From Camelus dromedarius (Eukaryota), in NCBI RefSeq assembly GCF_036321535.1, contig NC_087436.1, forward strand, positions 55,926,001 through 55,990,000: a stretch of 64,000 nt of DNA, in the 5' to 3' direction. Below, piece by piece: positions 1 through 15,438 of this stretch. The number at the start of each line of letters is the position of its first letter. Within the stretch, counting starts at the first letter, position 1. Under the pieces are notes generated by a model, which was given only the letters and a program-made list of their open reading frames with translations, made no database searches and had not been told where the DNA came from. The position numbers and the translations under genes are program-made.

Positions 1-2560
1 TCTGTGGAATTTTGTGCAAAGTGCTCAAAAAATATTACCTTTTGCTTTGTTCGTTTTAAGGGGCATGAATTAATGATACATTTTATCAAAATTTTATGTG
101 GATTATTTTAATAAATCTAAGCATATACATTTGTCAGAAAGATCTGTGAGGTTTTAGTTATTCTAAGCATAATCCATTCAGTGACTAAGTCACTTATATT
201 TCATAATCTAAAACCCTGTAGAAGTCAAGTTGCATGACATTCTCACTACAGGCAGCTTCCAAACAAAAATGTTGAAAGTGTTTAAAATTGTGAAAAACAG
301 TGTTTAAAACAGAAAAGAGAATACAACATTAGAGAAAGTACTCTAAAGAATTACAATGAAGGGGGAAAAAGCTAAATCTACATAATATCTAAGACTAAGA
401 TAATCTCTTCTAATCTTTTCCAACTTGCTCAGTAAGAAATGAGAAAGTTCAGCAGAAATTGATTACAAGAGATTCAGTAAGGAAAAAAAAAAGGTAAAAC
501 CGTGCATTTGCATTCTATCTTAATTTCCTTCTTGCAGTGTTTAATACACTGTTAATTAGATCATAAACATACCAGAATAAAGTTTTTAAATTGCTTTTAT
601 GCTTTTTTAATTTTAATTTTTAAAGATAACTTATTTTAAAGAATCAAATGTGGATTAAGAGCTCATATTAGAGGAAACCTAGACAAAGAAAAATAGATAA
701 TGGCTTAAGTAAGTTCCTATTTGTTTAAGTGACATTATTTCTAATTCAGTCACACAGTCGGTCAGGTATACATCCTTTGATCCTCCTGCTTCTAGTTTCA
801 GAAGTATTAAATTCATATCACTTGCAAGGCAGGGTGTTTTGTAGTGCAGTTCCCAGTTGGAGAGGTTACGTGGGGTGACTTCTTCACCACCTCTCCTGGG
901 CATGTTCCTCCTACTGGCTTTTGACTATATCAAGTGAAGTAAATGGCACTGTGACCTTTATCATCCCTATTTCCTTGTGATGAGAAAAGCAGCTTGGTCA
1001 GAGCAACAACCTTTGGAGCTCAAAATTCTACACCTAACTTCATCTTGATCTCAGAGTTTTTTGTTTGAAAAGACACTGGCAATACTATTACAACACTACA
1101 TAGTGTTGTATAGTACAATGCTTAAAGGTAGAAAATAACCTCTCAATTATCTATGCTGTAACTGTCTCCTCTATGTTTATTCTCTCTCCTCCTCCCTCCC
1201 TTCTCCCCTCACCCTCTTGATTGAATTCCTGAAGGATGCAGAAGGCACACACAGCTGGGCCCAAGAAAGTTGTATGCAATATGGGTTGTGTGTGTTAAAC
1301 TATTTACACTGGTGTGTGGGAGGAAGCAAGAGAGTTTGTTGCCTGATAAAGAGCAAGGATAACACAGAAATGGGAATTGAGAATAATAAACGTTAAGAGC
1401 CTCAACAGCTGACATTTAAAATGTTTACAAACCACAATATTTCCATTAACATAAGCAGTGTTATTATAAAGCAATAAGATACAACATAAAGAGACACACT
1501 TACACAAATAATCTCTGTGCATTCCCTGCATCAGAACAAATGGTACAAGATGACCTCTAAGATTCTTATGGTATGACTCTACCTTAGACTTAGTTCATGT
1601 ATAGTGTGAATAGTGGTAGTCTTCAGAAAAAGCATGAAGCATGAGGACATTTTCTTTTTAAATTGCATCTAATTTTTTCCACAGAACATTATGTTCCATT
1701 GTTCCCTAATGGCACAGTCAACCCCTATAAAGTATCTATTTATATTAGACGATTAAGCTCTAATAATGTGTTTAAATTTTTTTCTTAGTTCTCAACAAAG
1801 TACATTAGTTCAATGCAGACTCCTTGATTTTTCTAATCATGTTTGCTAATCTGCAAAATTCAGTAATTTGCAATGGATCTCCCAGTCATTAGTGTCAATT
1901 AAGGAGGCTCTCCCTTATACCAGATGGTACTGAGGGAACAGAACAAGAGAGTAGGAATAAAATGTGTTTTCTAAAACCCTCCTACACGCCAGTTTAAACA
2001 AAAACTGTGTGATTATTTAAGGAAAAAATATAGTAAGAGTTGAGAACATAATGCCTTGTACTCATGGAGCATCTTAAATCCAGGAAATCCACAAAAAAAA
2101 GAATTCACTAATGACACCCTTATGAGCTGGGTGTAGAGAGTCCATATGGCAATGATTTCCCTTTGCTTATGAAACAAAAATGGTAGTCCATGAGGACAGA
2201 GTCCTGTTTTAGCTCTGCCCTGTTCTTATATTTAAAACCTCCATTATTTGTAAATGGAGAATTAGCAAATACTCCTTATTTCATCTGTCAATTTAGGATT
2301 TGGTTCCTAGCACAGGGGAAAAAAAAGGTAATAGTCTCAGCCTCTAAAGGCCTGATATTTCATTAAATGGGAGCGCCCCATGAATGGGAGCCAACTGTTA
2401 TTAGTCATTACAAGGTCTCCCTTAGTTATGGAAACATTGCAGGCTCTCACCAAGTAAATGATGAATGAATAAATGGACAAATGAAATGATCTACCCTTAT
2501 CCATAAGTTATTCTTTCTGAAATCCTAACCACAATACTTCTGCATGTTTTTATGACTCCC

Positions 2561-2870
2561 TATCTTGGGTTAGGATCCCTCTAGGAGGAGAGCTGAAGAT
2601 AATGATTTGAATGAAATCATTTATTTGGGAAGTGATCCCAGGAAGCATAAGTACTGGGATAAGGGAGTGAGACAGGAAAGAAAAGAAGTTTGCACAGAGT
2701 GTGTCAATGAGTAGATTATCACAGTGTGCTGCAGAGCTAGGGCTCCGTCCTGTTGGGGATTTCTGGGAGACCTGATAAAGTAAACTTCATAGTTATCCCA
2801 CCCAAGGGGAAAGAGTGCTGGGGTATTTATCCACTCACCCTTGTCCACCATTGGTTAATGTCTACTCCTA
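2561..2870. mobile_element. Ancient ERVL-type solo LTR remnant (LTR33-like)
   Basis: TTTATTTGGGAAGTGATCCCAGGAAGCA...GGGAGTGAGACAGGAAAG...GCTGGGGTATTTATCCAC motifs, recalled from the consensus. Confidence 0.55.
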
Positions 2871-5800
2871 GAATTGTTGACAACTAGGCAATTTGAGCTT
2901 GTCCCACAAAAAACAGAGAGAGAGACAAGAATCACAGGTATTTGTATACACTATTAATGTATATAAATGGTGAGAGCTTAGAAGAAATGGACAATGCATC
3001 CATATTAACTGATACACCCCCATGTTTCAACAGACCTTGCAGTCTTTTTCCACCACTCTATGGCAAAAACGGCATACACTTTAAATTTTGGCAATCCAAA
3101 CAAATTACAATTTCACTATCATTTTGAGACATTTGAGACAAATTACCTATACAGGTATAAATATGTATGCATATAAATTTAGCATCCCTTTTGCCTTAAT
3201 AAGCAAACAGTTTAAATTCATAGCTTCTTAAATTGTTTTTCCATTAAGACCAACCGAATCAAGGCCCAAGTGTAAACATCATGATAGCAAAACAGGTCAA
3301 AAATTAAAAAAGAAAGGCCATTCTCTTTTGTTGTCAGTCCTGCTAAAATCTGTGGAGTCATGGGAAAATGGACGTCACATCACAACTCGTGTGGGAAAAT
3401 CACTTTCACAGGCTGAACCAATACTGGTAAAATTTTCCTAACCCTTTTTAATACTACCACTCTACACGCCTCCACCTTTTTAGGACCCATCATCCCAAGA
3501 GACTTCAATAAAATATGTTTAATTAGTATTCAAAAGTGAGAAATTGACTCCACCTTGGCACACAACTGACTTTAGGACTTTCTGTCCCCATCAAAATTGT
3601 TTACTAGAATAGCATCTGTAATAACTTGATTTTCTCCCAGAATTAGCCCACATATCTTCATACTTCACCTTCCTATTCAGAAAGTTTGGAGCTCTCAGCA
3701 TGAAATGACTTATGTGCTGTGGTTTACAGGAGGAATATGCACCAAGTAGGAGTTTTTGGATGGAAGAACTACTCTGAGAAGGTTTCTTAGTATGCTGCTA
3801 TACTTAAAGTCCACAGGCCCATATGGCCCCAACAATCTGTGTCTCTGCCCACATAGGAGCTCCCGATGTGCTTCAGAGTGTAGTCAAATGTTCCCTGAAA
3901 AACACACATATTTAGGACATTTATTAAAGTCCAAATAGTAAGAACAACCACAGAAGGGCTTATTAATGTAGTTCCTAATGGGTGTAACAGCTTTTTTCAC
4001 TTACAAAGGCTGCTGCTGAATCTTAAACCTGACTGAAATCCATGTCACGACTTTAAAACTCACTCTTTTTGCTAATAGTCTTCAAGGTTATTCTATGAAC
4101 ACTCCTTTTTAAGATTTTTCTAAACTCCACTCTCTGACCAAGGTAAGTTTTGGGATCCCCTTTTTCCTATTTTCTTTCTCTTGCTCTTTTCAAAATTGAA
4201 AAATAAATTTTACAGATTAGAAATGACTTAGTTTTTAAAAGCTTAATCTGGTTTTCCCAGGACATACAGCTAGTTAGTATCTGAGTCAGGAGCTCACACA
4301 TGACTGACAACAGAGCTTGAGCCATCATCACCATGCAGTTCTGGCTCCTGCGTCGTATTTGCCACAGGGGCATGACAGTGCCCAACAGAGATGAAAGAGG
4401 TGATTTGTGGTGGAAGTAATAAGAAATTAAGGGAGCACTCAGCAACAGTTGGGAGGAAAGGAAAGGATCACAGGAGAAAAATAATGAAATAATAGAGAAA
4501 TAAGGAAAGTGTCATGTAGTGTAATAAAATTTTGCATGTAAATGATAATATCTTTTGCCTCCAACATATCAAAGCATTTTGTTCATGTAAATTATCCAAC
4601 GGTCATACAACAATATTTATTAGTACTTACCACATTTCAGGTACTATTGTAGACACTGCTGACACCAAAACAAAGCCCTAGACTTCATAGATTTTCCATC
4701 GTAATGGGGCAGAGAAACTACAAGCAAAGGAATGAATGGATAGCTTAAATAACTTCAGGTGGCAAAGAATGGATCATGGTCAGGGAAGAAGGAATTATTG
4801 AACTATGCAAAATTATTGAATAGATGATTTAATTTATTTAACTATTGAATTAAAACTACTCAATTAATGCATCTAGTTGATTATTCTAATTCCAGTTCTA
4901 GCTTAAGCATCTAGTTCAAAAGCATCTAGTTTAAACAGCTAGTTCATTGTTGAATTAATGAACTTGATGCTGGTTCAGGTAGGCAGCTTCACTGAAGGAA
5001 TAACCTTTAAATATCACTTTGTTGTCATTATTATTCAGATACCACTTCTGGGAGGGAGAACAGGGGAGAGTGTTATTATTTTCCTAAGAGGACTTAGAGT
5101 ACCAGATCAGTAAAATGACTTGCCTACTTCATCATTGTAAAACCTGGAATGAAATAGAGAAGTTCAGAAATTCAACTTACTGTTAATAAACACGTTTGTT
5201 TGTTATATATGTTGTCTAATTTTCCCGTATTAGCTAGACAGGGCTTATACCATCATCCAAATTTTTTTCTGACTGAGGAAAGAATTATTAAGAAACTTAC
5301 CCCAGAGTCAGAGAGGAAAGGATCTGAGTCCGAGTAGAATTCAGTCCTCATACCTCTATTCCTGTGTTCTTACCACACAATCCAGTATCTCCCAATGAAG
5401 CAACAAGCTTCTAGTGTATATTGACTTGACCTTTCTCCCATAGTAATCTAAAGTAGTGGATATAGTTTGACAAGTTTCACTCACTCATCCACTCAAGTTT
5501 CTTAAAAAGAGCAGTGCTATTTTTCGGAGGAATATATGAACACATTTCTTATTGGTTTGTCATGTTCATCATTCATGAATATTTATTAATTTTTCTAGAG
5601 TTTTAGGTGTTTAGAAATCACAGATCCTTGTAAGAATCTGATGAAGGCCTTAAACACTCTCCCTAAATAAATGTATGCTTCTGAAAGTTCATAGGCACTT
5701 TGAAACATATTCTGGAACCCACTGGGGTCAATGGACCTCCAAATATAAAATTTTTGGTAAAGTGTGAACCCGTACCTCCCATAAAAGCAAGAAAAAAAAT

Positions 5801-6982
5801 TAGCCAGATGTCCTTATATATCTTCTGGGTTTTTTAATGAATTTAATGTCCGTTCAGACAAATGTTGATCAAAATTAAGTGAAGGGCAGACAGAAATGCA
5901 CACAATCTAGAGCAGAGTACCATAGGACCTGAGTCACCCAGACTTGGCTTGATTCTGTGATCTTTATACTCTTCAATATAATGCTTAATATCTTTTAGCT
6001 TAGTTTCCTCATCAATGAAATGTGAAAATTATTACTGAGCCTTTTAAATTAGATAATGTGTATCAGGTACCAAGGTCACTACCTGCACTCCATAATTGAT
6101 CATTATTTGGTTTCTTGTTAATGTTGTCATAGTGTTATGCCTGTGAATGAGTATTATGTCAGTACATTGCTGTACTTTAATGTGATAGAATTTTGACATA
6201 AGCCTCCGTTTGAGATGAAAAAATATTACTAAACAGAAAGTTCCAAAGTTGGCCAAGAGGAAAAACAAAAGACATGCTCAGAAGATGAACCTCTACACAT
6301 TGTACAGATATTTTGTAAGCACAAAATGCCATTTCATTGAAATAAGATATAATAAAACATAAAAATAATAGATGATATTTCAGTCTTTCATCTTACTTTA
6401 AAAATTTGTTCTGTAAGCAAAACACATTTATATGGATGAGATTTTAATTAGACACACATTCTATTAGCAGGATTATATCTCCAAATTTTGAAACATTATA
6501 CAATGGTAAAAAGAATTAACAAAAAGGAAAGAACACCTCCAAAATGTTTTCCAGTGCATCTGGGATATGCTAAACAACATCTGAACAAAGATAGCTGACT
6601 TTTCACTGCCCCCATTGATATGTTTGGATTTATCTATGAGAAGGTTGAGACAGTCGGTGTTTATATATTTGGATATATTTGTCTTAAATATTTACACTGT
6701 GCAAACTGCTTAAGCATTTTGAGGATGTTTTGTGAATTCTCATTAAGTTTTGGTTCAAATGAAATTTATTGGAAGTGTCAGCGTAAATGAAACCATTTGT
6801 TGACCAGAATGAGCCTTATATTATCAGGGTGATGGGAAGTAGGGAAGTGTGTAGATACAGATTTCATTTTTTTTTTTCATTTATAAAATGAGCTATAGCA
6901 GAGCTCGTCTAGTCACTGAGTGCTCACAACTCCTAAAAGGTGGCTGATATTTGTTTTACTCCCTCTGTTTTCATTGTAACTA

Positions 6983-7430
6983 CTGTATGGCAGAGACCAT
7001 TAATTATCGAAATCCACATTCACTCTCATTCTCTCTTTCTTTCTTGGTAGGAGAACCCCAATTGTTGCTGGGAAACCAAACTCCTAGACCCCTTGTAACT
7101 AGCAATGACCATTTAATATTTGTCCAAGATGTAAAGAGAAGTGTTTTGTGGAAGTTCTGGAAAAACTCCTTAAAGAGAGGGTGCGTACCCTTTGCCTCCC
7201 ACTCCATTTCTCTACTGCCTGGAATATAGATCTGTTGATAGAATTTGTGTCACCATCTTGGTTCAGATAGTGCCATTCATGGGAAAGCAGGGCAGTAAAA
7301 TTTAAGGCAACAAGGAATCTGATGAGTGTGGAGCTGCTGTACTCATGTAGGATTACCTACCTAATGATAAGCCAGTGATAAATTTTTATCTTTTGTTTTT
7401 CTATAACGTACAACTGCACGAAATTCCAGC
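6983..7430. mobile_element. MaLR/ERVL (MLT1-like) solo LTR remnant
   Basis: CCCTTGTAACTAG..GACCAT..AAGATGTAAG..GAAGT..CTGCCTGGAAT..CCATCTTG motif series. Confidence 0.5.
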
Positions 7431-7519
7431 TTTCACTTTTTTTATTGCCAAGTTTTTTTAAACATTTTCTTCCTTCAGACTTGATACCTGGCTTTCACAT
7501 CATTGACTCTCATTCTCTT

Positions 7520-8460
7520 ATTCACTTAGTTATCAAGTTTTTAAGAAAAATCTACTGTGTGCCAGTCATTGGGCTAGCAGCTAGTGATTGATCAACAAAC
7601 AAAATAGATATGGTAATGGAGATCGTAGTCTACCAGGAGAGCCAAACATTAAACAAAGAAGCAAATACGTTAATATGTAAGTACAAGCTATGGTATAAAA
7701 AAGGAAATGATACGATGAAAGTTAGAACAAAGTCTTGATTTGGATTGAGATTCAGAATTCTCCAGAAATAATATTAATTGAAACCAAAAGTTGTTCAGAG
7801 TTACCAGAAAGAGAGTTGAAGGAGAGGAACATGTGAAAATACCATCAACCAGGAAGAGCTTAATTCATTTCAGATACTGGAAGGAAGTCAGTATGATTGA
7901 AGAGTAAAGTAAGGAGAGTCAAGAGATGCCACTGGAAAGATACACAAGGGGCATATAACAGAATCTGTTGGTAATGTTGATTTGAGATTTTTTTCCTAAG
8001 GGTAATGAGAGATTGAAGGAATTTATACAGAGCATGCATGAGCTTACTTTGTTTTCAGAAATACTCTTGTAATAAGAAGAATGGATTTAAACAGGCAAGA
8101 GTAGAAGATGGAGAAGAGTGGATCCGAGTCAATTGCAAGGATCCAGGAGTTGAATGAGGGAAGTTGGTGATTTGGGTTAGAAGTGAAGGCAGGGGAAATG
8201 AAGAGAAGTGTGCATATTTGAAATCTGTTCTGCTAGCAGTACTGATAAAGTAGAAAAAAAGATTAAATATGGAGGGGTAGTTGGAACAAGGACATTGTGG
8301 CATGAACACATAGAGGAAAGGAAGAACCATTTCCTGGAATAGAGAAGTCTGGAAGAGAAGAAGTCAAGAAGTCAAGAAGTCAAGAATTTATCCTTTATCT
8401 ATCTGTGAGACATCCAAATGGGAATGTCAAGTAGGAAGTTGCATAAACTGGCATGGGGCT
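7520..8460 (-). mobile_element. L2 LINE 3' remnant
   Basis: CTACTGTGTGCCAG...GAGACATCCAAATGGGAATGTCAAGTAGG, a purine-rich L2 signature. Confidence 0.65.
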
Positions 8461-10109
8461 TAGAAGATTAACTTATAAAATGTAAGCAATTTATATCTCT
8501 TCCTGTCTCAAAAGCTTTCAACAACCTCTCATTGTCTGCAGGTATTAAAATATCCAAACTCTTAAGAATGGTGTTCTTTTCCATTTACGAGCAGACCACT
8601 AATCCACTCTTCTTGTTATACATCCAACTTGCCCTCCAAAATGCCTATGCTCAAATCACACTGGTCCCTGAATACATTAACAATTTTCACAACTATGTTC
8701 CTTTTTTGTTCATATTGTCTGCAGCTGGTGTACAGTTTCCACCCCTGCCTCTCTGCCATATTTTTTGCATAATTATGCTACTTATATTTCAAGGCTCAAC
8801 TAAGAACCCAAATCCTCTGAGAAGTTCTCCCTATTTCCTCAATATAGCCATCTTCTTTACTATGACATTGTTAGTCTACTTATCTGAAAATGAAGGAAAC
8901 ATTTAACTGTATTATATTTTCCAAACTGAACTAGGTTTATATTTCAAGCCCTTCTTCTGCATGACGATAGAAACTTAACTTGGTCAACTCCGGTTTTTCT
9001 GTCATTTTCTCAAACATAATAGGTTTTTAATTCAGTCACCAAAATGTTTTCAGTCAGTTCAGGATTGTTGCAGTCATGTCAAGATCTGACACCCCTTCCT
9101 CTTTTCTCTACTAAGACACATTTAATTTTGTATGGTACTTACATGGTAATTAGGAAGTCAGTTACTTATTATCCAATAACCTCCTCCATATTGACTAATA
9201 CTTCTCTGTTTCTTCTGACATCTGATTATCACCACCCATCTTTCCTGGTTCCTCTATTTGACGCCATTTTACTTTGCATTCTCCCTATCCTTAACTCAAG
9301 TCTACTCCAGAATTAAAGTCCCTCTTAACTTCCATACACTCTGTGACAGCAGAGGAAAAATGCAGTGTTCTTCCTTGTTGATACATGTTCAGAAATTTGT
9401 TGAGTTTGCCTCCAACCCTCTGGGTCTTCTATGAAGGCATACTCACTCTGGATATCCATTTCATAGATATCCCCATTCCATGAGGATCTTCTAAGAGGCT
9501 GACATGCCCAGAGTTCCAGCCAAAAAACTCGAACCACATCTCCACTCTCCAATTCCCTAACAGAGTAATCTGGGACTTCTATTACTTGATCCCTTCACCA
9601 AGATTTTCAGACCCAGGAGAATAGGTCATAGATCCCTTTCCCTCAGGTCTAATTGCCTTGCTTCCTTTCTGACTCTTCTTCCATCTCTAGGCTATTCTAC
9701 CTCCTAATTTCTGAGTAAGGTGTAGACTTGTTCTCCATGACTGCCCTTTTAAATCTAGTGATAAAAACACAAACTTCATTTCAATACACTTAGGAGCCTA
9801 ATCATTTAAAATTTTAAAACTCTGGCTCTTATGTATTACACATATCTGGCTCAAAAACCTAATTACCTCATTAGATTTTAAAAAGTCAATTTAGATATTC
9901 GAAAGCCAAAAATCTGGCACATTGTTATTTATATTCTATGTAATCATTGCTCTGAAGCAATGCTTGCCTTTTAGGAGTTAGAGTAAGGAAATTATCAGGT
10001 TTATAAAATGTGAAAATTTAACCCTACTACAAGTATTCATTAAACAACATTTTATTCTACTTATATTATAGTTCACTCTACAATTCTGCCCATTCTTTGG
10101 GAAAGGTAG

Positions 10110-10345
10110 TCTTGTGAGATGGTTAAGAGATCTCAGCTTCTGTGTCAGATGGCCACGGCTTGAGTCTCAGTTCCACCACTTAACAACCAAGAGCCTTTGG
10201 GCATTTTACTTAGCTTCTTAATTGTCAGTGTCTTTATCTGTGATATTAATTATACCAAAATTCAAATTCAGTTGTTGTCAAGATTAAACTACATAGCCCA
10301 TATTAAACACTCACAATGGTGCTTTGAAATGTAACTAGGAGGAGC
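10110..10345 (+). mobile_element. MIR SINE remnant
   Basis: GGTTAAGAG..TCAGAT..CAGTTCCACCACTTA..CCTTTGGGCA.TTTACTTA..CAGTGTCTTTATCTGT core. Confidence 0.65.
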
Positions 10346-11149
10346 TCAAAAAAGGTTATTTTTAGTTATTATTGGCCAAAAAAAGTTTTTCCTTGAGTTT
10401 CAGAGCAAAAGAGAGCATATGGATCATCTAATCCAATACCGTCAACCTGTACAGGAGGAACACAGTTATGCAAAGGGCGAAAACAATTTTGCAAAGGACA
10501 CAAAGCCTGGATGCACTCAGTCTCCTGAGTGTTGTACTTTGCTTTTTCTGCTTTATCTATTATACCAAACTAATTGCTATACTTAGTTGAGTGATCATAA
10601 AATCTGATTCTGTTTGAGTGATTATATTTGTTAGTGACAATCATGACCTAAAGATGTATAAGAGGGTCATTTTAACACTGAACATTGATAATGAAAATAT
10701 AGAAGAATATTTGGCTAGATCCTGAATATGCAAATCAATAAGCAGTCCTCTTTCTCTAAATCCATGAGAAAGATATACTCAAGGGCACTCAGGGCAAATA
10801 AATCCAGATTATTGCTGACTCAAACTTTGTAGTTAATTTTCCACTCTCTTTTGAAATGTTTCTCAAATTCTAATCGTAGATTTAGGATTTAAGAAATTGT
10901 CTCTATTTTAAATATATTTTCCTTTTGATAATAATCTAATAATTAATATAAATGTGTTCTTGGTCAACCTGGTATTTACCTTATAACAGAGTAGGATCTA
11001 TGTTTAAAATATACAGTACATAGAAAGAAGTTGGGGCCATGAGATGCCATTACATTTTTAATGCATATGTGTTGGTAATATGTTTAATTTTAATATGGCT
11101 AACTGAAGTAAATTTTGAACAATTGAAAAAATGACAGTGATCATCCCTC

Positions 11150-11640
11150 TATCAATTGTGTGTATGTTGCTTGTTTTAGATGGAAAATATTATACTGTGT
11201 GTGCAGGCTAATGAGAATAAACCTGTAGTAGGAAAATGTTGATGATGCTGAAAAGAGGTAATATATTTGCAGGAGCAAAAGTCCTTGAGAAGAAGAAACT
11301 GAATGAGGTCAAATATGTAAATATAGAGTCCTCAACAAGAGCAGGACTATTGGATGCTTTGTAGAAGGAGGAAAGATAGATTATACAGACACATAAGTAT
11401 GTATGTGGTAAATTTGGTTTCAGGAGGATAAAGGTTTCTTCTCACTGATTGCATATTCTCAGTGAAATAAAAAGCAAAATCATCGGCTGAGTCCACTTTA
11501 GGACTGTGAGAGTGAATTGACTGAGAAATATGGTAGACATTACCTGAAAGTTTTGAGAACCCACTTGAAGTTTGACCTAAGCCACAGAAATGTCCTTTTA
11601 ATAAACACAGGTACTCACTGAAGGAAAAGAGAGAAAATGA
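11150..11640 (-). mobile_element. L2 LINE remnant
   Basis: TTCTCAGTGAAATAAAAAGCAAAATCATCGGCTGAG motif (ADDFAFYFTE on the minus strand, L2 ORF2-like). Confidence 0.5.
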
Positions 11641-13736
11641 AAAGAAATGTAACCAACCTGTAGTCACTAAAATATAAATTGTTAGCAAAAATAATTTGTG
11701 AATTTTATATAATAATGTGGTAAAGGATGGATACAGAACACTAGCCTTGCAAAGGTTGTCTATTGTAAGTTGATGATGTACTTAAGAAAAATGGGGACAG
11801 CAAAGTAATCCACTAAGTGGCCTAGACAACTGACAAGAATAGGAAGTGGCAGAAATGCCAAGCCAGAAAATGTAGACAAATACTTCTAGACATATACTAG
11901 AGGCATAAAAGCAAAATCAATGTTTGAAATAGTTTGCAGCAAGTGAAGATCTTGATATAATTGATATCCATGACATGTTTACCCAATTTCAGAAAAGAGA
12001 TTACCAAAATAAGTTAAGCATTTAATAAGGGAAGAATGAAATAGCCAGTGGCTCTGGCTATTAAAAGAAACTTCTGCAAATAGTAAAGAATAGCAAGATG
12101 TGTGTGAGCATTTATGTACCCCTGTCTGCTATTTAACATGTGGGATAAAGTGTGTGAGAAAAATATTCTCTAAATAAACTAAAAGCTAGAATCCTTGGGA
12201 CCATTTTGTCTTTATGGTACCAAATTTATGCTCAAGGACAAGAAAATAGCAAAGACTTTATGAACTTTGTTTTGGTACTTATTGAAAAAATTTACAGAGC
12301 ATTCCCATCTCAATCTTTTGGCAGACAAGTAAGAAGCAAAGGAGAATAGATAGATTCACTGGTTACTTCACATTAGTTGATGAATTAGCTATAAGTGAAG
12401 GACCAAAACCACATCTCTAAAGTTTTGAAAAAATCCTCCCCCCAAACATGTATTTATATTTATATAAACATAAATATATGTATCATGATTAATGTACATG
12501 ATCTTGATCATACGAGTAGCAACTTTCAGAGAACCAGCCCTGGCCAAGATGTGCCCCAACTCTCAGAAAGTTTTTAGAAAAAGCAACAGATCACACACAA
12601 TTAAATTAACTTTACCCTCATGGCAAAGAAGTTACAGGCATAGTGCTATTTTCAGAAATGCAGTCTACTAATACCAAAGCAACATTAGTTCTCACTAATC
12701 TACTGCAGTTCTTTAGAAAGAACAAATACACAGTTGGAGGAGGAGGAACTTAGAGATAATTGTTTTTAACAGGAAAAATTTTCAAGATGTTACTAAACCT
12801 GTAATAGAACAGATTATATAATCACTTTTGTTGGCAAGAGAAAAAGTAATTTTAAAAAAACCATAAAATAGCCAGGTGAACCCAGATTTCTAATTTACCT
12901 CACTTCTAACCAATTCTAGATCTGAAAGGAAATTTTCGATGTAATATAAAAATAGAAATCAGCACCTGAAAATATCACCCATATTTCAAAAAAATTAATG
13001 AGAAATAACTATGATATTATAGAACAATTGGGTTCAAAAGATTTCATAACTCCTTTGCTTGAGGACTGAAGGAAGCAAGAAAAGGCAATTTTTATCCCTA
13101 TAATTTGAAAATACAGGAGCTGGAGTTGAGAGAATGTCCTAATACAGATTGGATCTACCCTTCCTGGTTCATTCTTCCCACTGGAATTCCACAGCAGTGT
13201 GCTGGACAGACACGTTCTATAAGCTTCATCAAGTGGAAGGGCAGCAGGGCATTAATGGAAGGACAGTGGGCTTCCACCTGACATGAGAGTGAAAGCAACA
13301 TCAATAAGGAGGCCAGATGTCATCTGCCACACATCTGGAAAGAAAGGCCAGGCCAGACAGAAAGAGTAGAGATATTTGATCTTTCAGGCAAAAATTCAAT
13401 AAACATGAGGTCTCCTGGAATCACACAACCAGACCATGTTCCCTTCCCACAATCTGGCTCCAGGATCTCTGAACTAATAATATAAGCTTAAATTAACCAG
13501 CCCTTCGTACAAAAAAAAAATTATAATTTTTAAGAAACTTTAGTGAATATGCATACAAAAAAAGCATACACACATACGGAGAAACTATGTAGATAACGAT
13601 CTATGACCTATATTCAAAGTAGAGATCACCGAAGGAGAAGCAGTTTTCAGAGCAACAGCAATGAAGTCATTTCTGGACATGTTGACTTTCAAGTGCCTAT
13701 TAAACACTGGAAGGAATTGTTTAGTTGGTACATACA

Positions 13737-13834
13737 GTAGGCTTCCTCTGAGATGGCCCCAGATGCTCCATTTTGCGAAAAGATGCAATATCTGTGAAGT
13801 ACAATAATGTGAAGTGCAATAAAAGGTTTGCCTG
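13737..13834 (+). mobile_element. Short Tigger1-like DNA transposon remnant
   Basis: CAATATCTGTGAAGTACAATAATGTGAAGTGCAATAAAAGGTTTGCCTG followed by TA resembles the Tigger1 3' terminus. Confidence 0.5.
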
Positions 13835-14916
13835 TAATAGGATTTAGCAGTCTGGGGTTCAGAATAGAGCATGATTTGAAATCTTAGTTGGAATTTTATT
13901 AATGTCAGTGTATAGTGATAGTTAAAGTTGTGGTCAAGGAGGAAATAAATCAGGGAAAAAATGAGTGGGAAGGGACCAGTGATAGAAGTTTCCATGCTGA
14001 GCTTGTCAACTTACCTGCTAACAGCTTCAAAAAACAATGTCTTTGTCTTTGTATGGGGTTTTCTTGTTTTAAAAGTGATTCACCACATATATGAATGCAC
14101 AGTGATAAATAATCTCATTCAAAGACACAACAAACTCCACATGGTTTGTCACTCTCTGTTAGCTTAAGATCATACTCTTTCATAACTATGTAATGAAAAC
14201 AAATATATGCCTGGGTTTTTCCTCTCAGGACCAACTATGAAATATAAAATTGCTAACTTATTGGGATGTCTTTATTTAAGGATAGAGTGCTTACCAAAAG
14301 TGTCTTTGAGTTGTTCTTAATTGAGTCTGCTTTCTGATAAAAAGCAAAATGTCAGCAACAGCCAGTTAGACAGGGTTTTTTGTTGTCTTTATTTTGTGTT
14401 TTTAGATCATATACTGTGCTGTTTTAGGAAAACAATAAAAACTAGAGAAACAATTGCAGTGAAAATGAAATCATTTAACTTTTTTCCTGAATGAAGATAG
14501 GAACAGTAAACCTTACACTATGATGAGACTTTAATTATCAGTATTTCTGTGCCAACATCAGCAGCCCATGCCTGCTTAAAGCTACCATAACTGTTGACAT
14601 TTAAATTCCAAAAATACCATAGAAACAATCTCTATGTGATAAGTAAAAGCCATCTTTATAATTTATTTATTATTAATATGTCAACAAGACTGATTGTATT
14701 GCAACAATAACTTGAGAAAAATCTTTAGCCATGCTGAGTGTCTAAATGTTTGTTGCAAAAACTTAATTTTCCTGAACTTGTTGTTCTTTCTAGATTATGA
14801 AATAGACTGATACAATCCACCTCTAAAACATTCACATCTTCAATGTATACCTCCATTCATCATAATTTACCAATATATATAGAAATTGCTATTTCCCAGG
14901 GGTGTCTGTTTTGAAC

Positions 14917-15370
14917 TTTTTTTAGTTGAAGTATAGTTGATTTACAGTGTTGTGTTAGTTTCTGGTATACAGCATAGTAATTCAGTTATACATATATATT
15001 CTTTTTCATATTCTTTTTCATTATAGCTTATTATGAGTTATTGAATATAGTTCCCTGTGCCATACAATAGGACTTTGTTTTTTATCTATTCTGTATGTAT
15101 GTATCTAATCCAAAACTCCCAATTTATGCCTCCCCTTTTCCTCTTTCATAACCATAAGTTTCTTTTCTAAGTCTGCGAGTCTCTTTCTGTTTTGTAAATT
15201 AGTTCCTTTGTGTCATTTTTTTAAGATTCCACATATAAGTGATATCATATGATATTTGATTTTCTCTGATTTATTTCACTTAGTATCATAATCTCTACGT
15301 CCATCTATTTTGCTGCAAATGGCATTATTTCATTCTTTTTTATAGCTGAGTAGTATTCCATTGTGTATAC

Positions 15371-15438
<68 letters not shown>

